Source: Enoplolaimus lenunculus
Taxonomy: Eukaryota
DNA: 64,000 bases
Direction of reading: 5' to 3'
Assembly (NCBI GenBank): GCA_030248215.1
Contig: JASANG010001414.1
Span: forward strand, 186,001 to 250,000
Shown: piece after piece, positions 39,960-51,164 of the stretch
Layout of the letters: every line of letters starts with the position of its first letter
Numbering within the stretch: position 1 is the stretch's first letter
The notes under the pieces: model-generated
Told to the model about the DNA's origin: nothing
The model's input: only the letters and a program-made list of their open reading frames with translations
Databases searched by the model: none
Program-made: the position numbers and the translations under genes

Positions 39960-41806
39960 AAGTTGACAATAGTAAAGGACATAATATTAGAATCGGATTA
40001 AATCATCGTATTTTCTCACCGATTAAGGAGGATTTTGAAAAGTAAAATGCTTAAAGTTTAGAGTCAATATAAATGAAGTTAGATTAGTTTTGTTTGTTTC
40101 TGATATCTACGAGTTGTGCCTGCAGTTTCAGAATGGGTAAAGGAGTCATTGCCGCAAAATTTCAGAAATATGTATATACCTAAAACCCCTTTTGCTACGC
40201 CCTTGTTTACTGTATATAAAAAATTAATACATAACGCACGAGTGTGTTGAGGTCTGGTTTGTCTACGCTGCACTTCTGCTTGTTTTGTCCCGGGACAGCA
40301 TAATGGTTCTCAGCGTATCACGTACCAATATTTTGATCATTGAACGTTTCGTCGTAATAGCATGATGGGAGAGTGATTGGCAATATTTTGAATAGATGTT
40401 GTGGTATATAAAATATTTAGAAACAATGCGGTAAACTCTTCAGTTCAACTTACATTTCACAACGAGGTCGTTTTTTATTCAATCACTAAGCCTAAAATGT
40501 TTGGTAATCTTTTAGAAACGTATAAGAAAAAGTGGTAACTACACAACACTACTACTAACGAATCCAATGCGGGGAACCAAGATTTTGTATTTAAAGGTTT
40601 AGCACTAAAATGGCGTTTGGTTTCTGGCTCGGTTCGATCGCGAGTGCTTCCACGATATGTCGTGCGATCCACCATTTTCAAATTTTTTGGATCCACCACT
40701 GATTCCTCCAAAATAAACAAGCCTAAGTGTTGATGGGAGCGTGCGAAAAACCAGCTTCTTGCGGTTTCCGCGATGTTCCGTCGTCCTTTTGCGGGTAATT
40801 TACTGAGATTTAATAGGTTTTCCATCCCTTCGGAAAACAACAGAAAAACGGCTTTCCGTAGGTTTTTTCCGATGCCCAGCAATGGTTTCGTCGTACTAAA
40901 ATGCATGAAGGGAGAGATATCGGCAATATTTTGCATACACGGGGTGTCTTCTGTTAAAGCGTTACCCGAATAAGAGGGAATCCCGTTTTGAGTCGCAAAT
41001 AATACGAGTCCGTATCTCAAATAACAGTCCGTAAGCGGATTTTCCCAAAACCGTAATTATAGTCTATAAATGTCAATTATCCCTAATTGTAGCGCATAAC
41101 TGCCTGCAGGACCAAATAAGATTAGAGTTCGAACATTTAAAGCGCACTTAAGTTTTGAAAGTATTCCTAAGTATAAACATTGCATTACCGCTCTAGGTTT
41201 TCACACAAGACAAATAACCGTTAAATCCAATGGATAGTTTTGCAACACCGGATATATATCAGTAACGAAGGACGAGTTAAAAATAAATAACAGTCCGTAA
41301 CCGAATAAAAAGGGCTACCCTCTGGAAAGACCAAATAAATATCATTACGCTCCTATATGGATCCGGCCGGTTAACATTCCGCTGGCCAGTAGTAAAAGTG
41401 GTAATTATACACTACTCCTGGCACACTGCTGTCCTGGGACAATGGGACGACCTTTAGTGTAACATTGGCCGATGTCTTTGATGACTCCACAAGTTTGTCA
41501 TTGAACAATCATGATTTCAGGCTGCAAAACTTCAGCTGCCGATCTTGTTTTGCACGCTTAACCTACTATCAACTCAATATCATTTTCGCATACCCCAACC
41601 AGTTTACTTAAACATAAACATCTCGACCCATGTTACTTTGAGGGGCGAACAAATTTTTCGAGGGATTATAATAAAGTAAACCTAAGCTAGGGCATAGACT
41701 TAAGAATATACTTCTACTGTTGTCACGCTCCACAAAGCAACATAGGCCAACACTAAACAAAACAAATATATAAACAAGAAAAGCAAATTAAATACGTCAA
41801 TATTAA

Positions 41807-42069
41807 CCCTTTCTCACATGAGTATTTTCTATTTCCCCTGAGACCTGCTTTTATGGTAGGATTCGAACTCCAGTGACTGGAATGTGAGGCGTATACTATC
41901 AGCAATCAGCTATAGGAGCTTGACGCTCGAGCTCGAGGGGGCTCTCACGTCTTGTGGTGATTTAGTACTATGTATACGTGTTGCACTTGTTAAACACGGT
42001 GTGATATATATTATTTAACGTATATACATTGCGCTGAGTTGCCTATACGCAACTCAATGTGAGAAGGGG
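41807..42069. mobile_element. piggyBac-type MITE
   Basis: TTAA on both flanks; TIRs CCCTTTCTCACAT / ATGTGAGAAGGGG; homologues at 55107-55369 and 54884-~55073. Confidence 0.85.
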
Positions 42070-42880
42070 TTAACTTAACTAGGTGTTACTAAAAATTTCA
42101 ACCCCTTAGGCTAAGCTGATTCTCGAAAACAAATAAATTTGAAGAAAAATAACGGCTCTGCAAATTTTTGGTTAGTGTTGAGACAGACCATTTGATTCCC
42201 AATCGACACATGCCCGCTTAACGTGTTCAGTGTTCAATGGTTGGAGGGTTCCCAGGTTAGATTATACATTTAAACTGACATACATATAAAGTATAAACAT
42301 AAACCTTACATAGATAATAGACTGAACATTACTTAAAATCGTGCGATATTAAAGATGGTATATGTATAATGTATTGCAAAGACCTATTACATAATATGTA
42401 AAAGATAACATCAGCGGCACTGGCTAAACAGTGATAATAATATCTTCAACAAAAAACTTATTGTAGTGTTTTGACATTTTAAAACGCAGCACTGCTTCTA
42501 ATATTAATTTAGTATTTTGCAAAATGTTTCAAGTAAGAAAATTTTAAATTTTCTGTGGCTACTGGCTGGCAATGAACGTTATTTGATTTTGTAAAAAAAC
42601 ACTACAGCGGTTTTATCACTAACCCATAATCCACTTATCACCAGCTTTAAAAATATCATTTTTACCTCGCCGTACCTCACAGATTCAGAAACCGACGCCG
42701 GAGCATTACTATTTAGTGCTAACACAAAATTATAAATATAATCACGTGGACTTCAATCAAAACAACAACGACCCTCATGCTGCACCGAACAAAAGTTGAA
42801 CAGAACGCATGTTTAGCTCATTTTTGTGTTATGTCGAAAAAGATATTTTTAATGTTTTTATGCTAATTTCTTTATCGTCT

Positions 42881-45800
42881 TTACATACGCCGCTTTCTCA
42901 ATTCATTTTGATCGACTTCGGGTAACGATTGAAATTCTTTGTCTTCACGCTGTTTCTTTGCTGCGCTCTTCACTTCGCCAGCTCCTCCTTTACCACTCCG
43001 ACGAAAATGATGATGATGTTTGCCGCCGCCGTGAGGAGTATGTTCTCGAGCGCGTCGCAACCACGCGCAAATGAAATTCCATCCGAGCCAAATTTGAACG
43101 CCGCACACAGCGAGCAAACAATTCAATCGAATAAATGCTGTATTGTAATTGCCAGTTTCCGGATCCATTCGTGGTGTTTCCGATAGACGAAGCCCGTACC
43201 TAACAACAAAATCATACCATGACTTCTTTGTATAATATTAGCCGCCCCCGTACTAACTATTAAATATAACATAATACTAATGGGTCAATACGCTATGTGC
43301 GCACAACGTCCAGTTTTAGCCAAAAATACAAAGAAAATAATTAAATACAATGTACGTTTTAGTTATAACTACAAAAATCACTAAAGCTTTAAATAAACTA
43401 TAAAAGTAGTACAAAATTGCCAAAAACCGTACGCTGTTACATATAGTTAGTTACACTTCATTCAAACGTACCAAAACGTTAGTACTGCGAAAATAACAGA
43501 CGCCAACCGGGAGAGCACAAATGCCGCAAACCATAAACGCCATAACGGACGTGAAATTCCCGGTCGGTCAACGAAATGTGCAATTCGTGCTGCATGATAT
43601 ACAAGCTCAGCAGCGTAGTGCACACACAACAGCATCATCGCAACACGATTGAAATTGAGAATGTACGCAGCAGCAATAAACACAAGATATAGTGTTGTGT
43701 AAATTGCTCGGAATCGCATTTCATCGCGTTTCACTTTCTACAACCAGATATAACATAATGACAAGAACATTAACTATTTGTGTACACAGATGTAAAGACT
43801 TACAATAATATTCATGTCAGATGCAATGCAGCCACATTTCGGGTAAAAGTAACTCCAAATATTCTGCTCCTAAACAATGAACATCCCAACTGCGAAGGCT
43901 ACGTAAATGCCCGCATTATTAAAATATGCATGACCATTGCGTAGTTCCTACAAAGAATATTCAAAATTTTAAGCTTTTTTCTGAGAGCAATTATGAATTC
44001 AAACATCAAGCTAACGCATAATAATCCTTTTGCTTCCGTCGATTTAAAACCAAGTGAACAGCATGTATATGCTTACTTGGAAATAAAATTCAGGATAGTT
44101 GTGTATCCAATACGACAACTGGATGATATAGAACAACTTTGTCATAAAGTTCATTGGAACGTGTTCCGCAGGATAATTTTCCCACAGCAATTTGATACTT
44201 GTTAAATAGTTACCTATAATACGAAAAATAGCAAGACACGTGCTGTGAGCAGATTTCTTTGCTAAATACGAAAAACATACATAATGTATCCACTGTGCAA
44301 CTACCAATGAGTGCAAACTAATACAAATGCAATGATACAGTTGCGTTCAAGTGATGGCATTAAAAAGCTAAACATGAAATATACCTTCTGAAATTATGTA
44401 TCCTGCCGCAACGACGGACATCAGATAAAATGCGAGCAGTTGACTTGACTCAGAAAATTTTGATGTTTTTGTCTTCGATAAGTGAAGACGGTTTTTAACC
44501 TAAAATATATTTTACTAGTTGCACAAGCTAATCTGAACAGAATAGTTCAGCATCAGATAAAATCAGCCAATTCAACTATTAACAACATTCTCTTGGTTGG
44601 TGTTCGTATTAAATAATAGAATGTTTGTCCTTAATTTTCAGCTAGTTAACTAAAGCTAGTTTTGAGGTGTCACGGTGCAAAGCGGAACTAGATTATATCG
44701 GAATCGGAACAGCAAATTTATACCGGAATCGGAACAGCAAATAACTATACGGCAGGGTGGGAATGGATATCCGGTATAAACCTACTGGATACCGGTTATT
44801 TACGGTTGTGATTCCGAATACAATAAAACTCTTTTTCACATAATCACATGTCAAGGTGCAAAACGGGACTGGATTATACCGGAATAGGCATCGGAGCAGC
44901 AAATTTATACTGGAATTGTAATCGTAATCGAAATCGAAACTAGAAATTTTATGGATACGAATAATTTGTATTGACAAATATCATGTTGATTCAGGGTGTT
45001 TGTTGGCAGGCAACAATTTTCAAAAAGGTTGCATGAACAAGTTGGCGATGATTTTTGGTTCTGTAAAAGCTAATCTACAATCAATTATTGATGAGTTAAC
45101 TCATCGAAAGCAATTTAATAGATAAATAATACAGAATTTTTATGCAACGTATTACAAGAAGTAAGATTAAAATTCAAATTTCAAAATTCCGGTTCCGATT
45201 GAACGTGCAATCGGAATCGGAACTCGTTTAGAATAGAAATTCGAATCGAAATGGAATTCCGGTTGCACATTGTCATATCTATAACAACTTGCTGCGATTA
45301 CCTTTCTGGACAAGTGAAGCTGTTAAAATTTTCAATAAAACTAAAATGGAATAAAAAATCCAAGCTAACAATTAATTTTTAATTCAGTAAACATATGCTT
45401 TTGCACGACTCAATCACTGTAAACAGTGTTCATATTTACATGCCACGTATATCCGGTTCCGGTAAAAATTTAATATGCGGCTCCGTTTAAGGTATCCCGT
45501 CGCACACTGCTAGGTACACGTTAGGTACACAATGGCTAAACACACGTGTATAAACTCAGCGTAAATAAATTAAAGGCCTAACAACCTGCATACACTGATT
45601 TTATGTCACTTCAAACTAAAACAAAATTGTACTATAACCGTCAAGAAGGCAAGATACTCTTGCACTACGCATAAACCATGTGAATTAATGAGCGTTAAAG
45701 AAAAAGACTTACTTTGTCAACAACATACTCTTGCAATACGGCGTGCAAAACAATGCAAATTATGGAATAAAAGAAAATCGCCGCGGTGTCTTTAATGCCC

Positions 45801-48405
45801 CGGACGTACATCCATGACCTGGAAACATTATATGTATGTATGTATATATCAGGGATCGACCGGATATCCGGTTCCGGTTCAATATCCGGCAAAATCCGAC
45901 CCGGATACCGAATATTTGAAGTTGCGGTTCCAAATATCATAAAGCTTTGTTTCGCACGTTAAAATACCAGACATTTTGAAGCGACTGCAATTCAGAGCAA
46001 TTCAAATTCTCAGTCTGAAGGACACTGACATGGAATGAATAATCCAAACCAAAAATTAATCTTAAATATTTTTGCACGACTCAAATACTTCCAGCAGTGT
46101 ACAAATTTAGATCCTATATCCGGTTAACATCCGGCTCCGGTACAAAATTCACTATCCGGCCCGGTTCCGGTAGAATCCTGGTTTGTATGAATATATAACG
46201 CATCGTCCAATTTGGGTATGTGCAATTTTCCAATTTGTCACCTTTACAAAATTTAAAAAAACTCGAGTGGTAATTTGATTAGATCAATTGAAATCAATTT
46301 ACCATTTAGGTATTGTAAAACGCAAATAAGTAATTGAGAAATTTTTTAATTCAATTTTTTTATCCCATAGGAAATTTTATGTCAAAAAGGAAATTTAACT
46401 AAAAAATGATTTTAACTTATGTTACGATATTTTCCCTTTCAGTGAAAAAATGAAATTTTGAAATTGTAATTTCGATATTTTCTCACGAATTGGAAAAGGA
46501 ATATAACAAAATGTTTGGTCAGTAACGCCGACAAGCAGAATAACTTACATTAGCGCATAGCCAGTCGTGTCTCTAGACAGCCCAAACGATAAACCAAAAA
46601 ATGTATTGCAACTACTAATATTTTTCATTTAAAAATGTGTTCACAACAGAGCAGGATTAGATTTAAACAATTTTCACATATATTTTAAATTGACATTGAT
46701 CATTTTTAAAAGTGTGTCAAGTTTTTCGCGCCATGTTACTTTTAGGGCTGTCCCGTTTTTTCTACGACTGCAATATAGTACGATTAGATTGCAGACTATT
46801 TTTTGCATTAGCTAAGACTTCGACTTAGGACTAACACTTGCTTTTATACTTATGCTTGAGTTTAGGCTTAGGAATATGTTTAATTTAAAGTTACGGCGGT
46901 TCCATTAACGGGATCTAATTAGAGATACAGACTTCTACATACGTACTGATTGGGAATCAAAATGAGACCCCTTCTCATTCGGGTCACTGCAGTGTGTTCA
47001 TAGTATATACTTACGTGGCTCCGCCGATCATCTTCTGCTGGTCCACGCTTTCCAAAGTAATGTTGTGTTGAAGAGTTAAAAACATTGATGCAACAGGGCT
47101 GGTTGCTTTCAGCATTAGTCCAACGACGAAAACCATTGCAATGCAAGACATTATATCAGCATGGTTTTGAATGATAAACTATAAATTACGAAGTGTCGAT
47201 TAATCGGCTTCGGCAATAACCGGCACTTTTCGTGAGTATCGGCATTAGCACCGGCATTGCAAAAAATGCCGATTCTTTGCCGATACTTTTTGCATATTAC
47301 AGTCAGTTTGAATGCTATCAGTTTCATTTCTGGGCGCATTTCAGTGTGTCCCATCAGGAAAACTGGACTCTCTTTTGCGCTTGTGTTTGAAAAAATTAAT
47401 TGAAATAAACGGCTCTTATAAAATTCTAATCGTTTATGACGGTTAAGGTGTAAGTCTTCATATAATGATGTAATGAAGTATCCTATCTTTTTATTAAACT
47501 TAGGTACTAAAGTTGGAATCGGCATCGGGATAGGTTCGGCATCGGCAAAATTTCAAAACAAAAATCAGAATATCTTGCGTTTGTGTTTGAAAAATTAATT
47601 GAAATGATCCATTCTTAAAAAATTGTAATCGTTTATAATCAGGGTGCAACCGGAATTACAATTTACCGGAACCGGAATTTGAAAATTTTACCGGAACCGG
47701 AAAGTGAAAAATGCATTTCACCAAAAATTTCATTTTAATCTTATTTTTTGCTCTATTATTTGTGAAATAACCTTAGTCGAACATAGGTATTTATTTTATT
47801 TGTTGTATTTTAGATTTTCGTCGTCGACTGAAGTGAAATCCACCATCAATGGCTTATATTCGGAATACAAGTGGCTTTCTAAAGAGATTCTTAAAGATTA
47901 GCAAAGTTAAAAAAACGGCCAAATTATAACACCGGAATTTTTAAATCCGGTAAAAATTTACCGGAACCGGAAGGTGAAAAAATGCCGGAACCGGAAACGG
48001 AATTCCAGTTGCACCCTGTTTATAATGGCTAGGGCTTAAGTCTACATAATGATGAAATGTAGTATCCTTTCTTAACCATGGTGTACTAAAGTTGGAATCG
48101 GCATAGGCATCGGTTAAAATTTTTGGTATCGGCGAATCCCTACTATAAATAAAAGTAATTATTGATAAAGGCAACAAGCACATTTAAAAGCGCGTAAAAA
48201 TTTATTTATTTGCCGGCTGAGGCAGAAAAACCGAAGTACTAACTTTATTTTTGGACAAACGACATGTACACACAAAGATTAAAAATTCGCAATTTTAAAC
48301 AAATTCGCAATTTTAAACAAATTCTCTTACTTCATGACTTAAAATCGGTGGACTTTTACTCTGTTTTCTGCCGCCGAAACGACGGAGTTGTGATTCCGTC
48401 CCCAT
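42881..48405 (-). CDS. TRAM1: Translocating chain-associated membrane protein (TRAM1, TLC domain)
   Basis: Minus-strand exons 48405-48331, 47178-47015, 45818-45713, 44499-44385, 44213-44077, 43737-43472, 43199-42881 (TAA), GT-AG with matching phases. Motifs: [123 protein letters not shown]. Confidence 0.96.
47640..48018. mobile_element. hAT-type MITE, family A (TRAM intron 1)
   Basis: CAGGGTGCAAC...GTTGCACCCTG; 8-bp TSD TTTATAAT. Confidence 0.9.
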
Positions 48406-48780
48406 GTTGATCGAAATAAAACTTCTATGCGACAGAAATTACGTATATATGATAGGCAATTGCTTCATTTATAAACGATATATCAGTAAATAATTACTCT
48501 GATTATTAGGTATATAATAGTTAAAGTTACTTTCATTGACGTCCGGCGCCATCCTTCAGCCGTCCGTCAGTATACGGGATCACACTTGTGTAAATTGCAT
48601 AGAACTCACGGTGACGGACAACGCCGGATAATGTCGGATGGCGCCGCACGAAGAGTATATCCCCACCCTTACCCTGCAGTTCACTGTCAAAAATGCCGTA
48701 CAATTGATGTGTTTCTTCATTACTCAACTGTAACCAAAGCACCATTTTTAGTATTGGCCCATATTCTCAAATGTGTGTAG

Positions 48781-49070
48781 CACGGTGCAACCGGAATTCC
48801 GGTTCCAGAATTTTTTCACCTTGTGTGTAAACTTTGACAATCGCCGAAAATAAACCATTGAAGGTAGATTTTGCATCCGTGGATTACGAAAAGGAAAATC
48901 TAAAATACAGCAGATAAAATGAATACATACCTCCAATTAGGGTTATTTCAGAAATAATATTGCAAAAAAAGAAAATTTTCGGTGGCATGCGTGTTTCATT
49001 TTCCGGTTCCGTTTCTGGTGATTTTTTTCACGCTCCGGTTCCGGTAAAATGCAATTCCGGTTGCACCCTG
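48781..49070. mobile_element. hAT-type MITE, family A-related
   Basis: CACGGTGCAACCGGAATT...AATTCCGGTTGCACCCTG; 8-bp TSD GTGTGTAG. Confidence 0.85.
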
Positions 49071-50036
49071 GTGTGTAGCACCTATCTATCACAAGTTGGT
49101 TATAATAGGTCTCGTAACTTGCAACCTACATATCCTTAGGCAAACGCTCTATCGTTGTGCCCCACAGCCTGCCTATTCAACTGCTTTTATTGTCTGTTAG
49201 CATACAACATAATGTGCATTGCATATATTACATATATATGCACCAGGAAAACACGACTCATATACGTACTTGCATGCCCATATTTTCGCAAAGTTCGTCC
49301 GTTTACCGTTCGTTCTATTTTTGACTGAATACCGTGTTCATAGCGCGACACTACCATTACGCTCCCGGCATGGCTCCATGCCAGTCTAGGTAGGATCGGT
49401 TGAGACTTTCAGATCTTTCTTAATAAGCAGCAGGGATGGGCGGTCTAGGTCAAAAGAGCATGACTAAGGTCCAACCTACCGAGAGCGAGACTTTTTGTCT
49501 CGGTCTCGTTCAACTTTTAACCGTCACCTAAAATGAAAAGATTTTTCTAACAAAGGTTTTGAATATTTTTATCTGCTTCGAATTGCTGTTCAATTCATAC
49601 AATTAAACTAATATATCATCGCCATGCTTTGTTTTTACTTCATTTATCACTTAGGAATTGTGGCACAAAAGCAACGATTGAAAACTTTCACAAAACTATC
49701 TCCATCTCTAATGATAACAGACGTTGCGCACAAATGAAAATGAACTTTAAGCGGTTTATATGAACATTACTTGCTGATCAACTCTGCAAAATGCCTGTTT
49801 AATTTTATTTATTTGTTTAGTTCCACACCCCGTACCTAAGCTGAAGCGTAAATATAAAGCTTAGCCATCCATGTTATAATGTAGTAAGATAATCACTTTG
49901 AGGGAACTTGAGATTAATAATACAGTCATAGCGTTGAAGTAAACAAGTACCCAATTTTTAGTGCTTCATGCATGTACATTTATTCCAAAATACGAGCCAA
50001 TTATTGCTGCGTCCTTTTACTCAAACTATCTCAGCC

Positions 50037-51164
50037 CTGGCTTCTCCACAGCGGGGGGTGGGGGCGCCCCAGCCAGGGTGCAACCGGAATTGCAATTTAC
50101 CGGAACCGGAATTTGAAAATTTTACCGGAACCGGAACCGGAAAGTGAAAAATGCATTTCACCAAAATTTCATTTTAATCTCATTTTTTGCTCTATTATTT
50201 GTGAAATAACCTTAGTCGAACATAGGTATTTATTTTATTTGTTGTATTTTAGATTTTCATCATCGACTGAAGTGAAATCCACCATCAATGGCTTATATTC
50301 GGAGTACAAGTGGCTTTCACAAGAGATTCTTAAAAATTAGCAAAGTTAATAAAACGGCCAAATTATAATACCGGAATTTTTAAATCCGGTAAAAATTTAA
50401 CGGAACCGGAAGGTGAAAAAATGCCGGAACCGGAACCGGAATTCCGGTTGCACCCTGGCCCCAGCACTTTTCGAAATTTTCATTTCCCTCCCGGCGAAAA
50501 TTTTTCCGCCCCAGGAAAGGCCCCCCGGCGAATTTTCGGCCGCCCCCCAGCACATTTTTTTGCTGGGGGTCCCCCAGGACTTTTCTAGGTCAAAAATTTT
50601 CCATGTTAAAACGTAAAGACCTGGACTTCTTTTGAGGCGGACATTCGGCAAAATATGATTTTATATTACGCTGAGTACTCATAATTTTTAATAGCGTTAC
50701 AAATACCAGTACTAACTAATACAATTCAATAATGATCTGGAAAAAGCACAATTATATAAAGACCGTTTCAGGGCATACAGCATTCAAAAGTACTTTGCAG
50801 CAGCAAGTTCAGCCCGCCTGAGCCTTATGATAAACTGAAGCTGTGACTAATATACAAAATATATATTAATCACAGTTTCAAATATAGATTATCTATATTT
50901 TATATAATTGTGCTTCTTTCAAGTTCTGGTTAAGTTGTCAGTATATACGTAATATTAGTTAAAATTATTGTTATTTGCGTTTGCGAGAAGTAATCTTAAG
51001 TTGAGTTGGAAACACGGTCTAGAATGAAAAAATGGTCCAAAAAGTCGGTTTGCAAAATTTTAAGCCTGCCCCAGGACCCCCCAGATCATCTGGGGGCCCC
51101 CAGCAAAATCAGCTGCCCCAGGAAACGCCCCCCGGCGGAAATTTTCAAGCTGTGGAAAAGCCAG
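50037..51164. mobile_element. TIR element with an apparent 6-bp TSD (superfamily unassigned)
   Basis: TIRs CTGGCTTCTCCACAG / CTGTGGAAAAGCCAG; TCAGCC at 50031-50036 and 51165-51170; subterminal CCCCAG/CCGGCG repeats. Confidence 0.7.
50074..50457. mobile_element. hAT-type MITE, family A
   Basis: CAGGGTGCAACCGGAATT...AATTCCGGTTGCACCCTG; 8-bp TSD GCCCCAGC. Confidence 0.9.
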
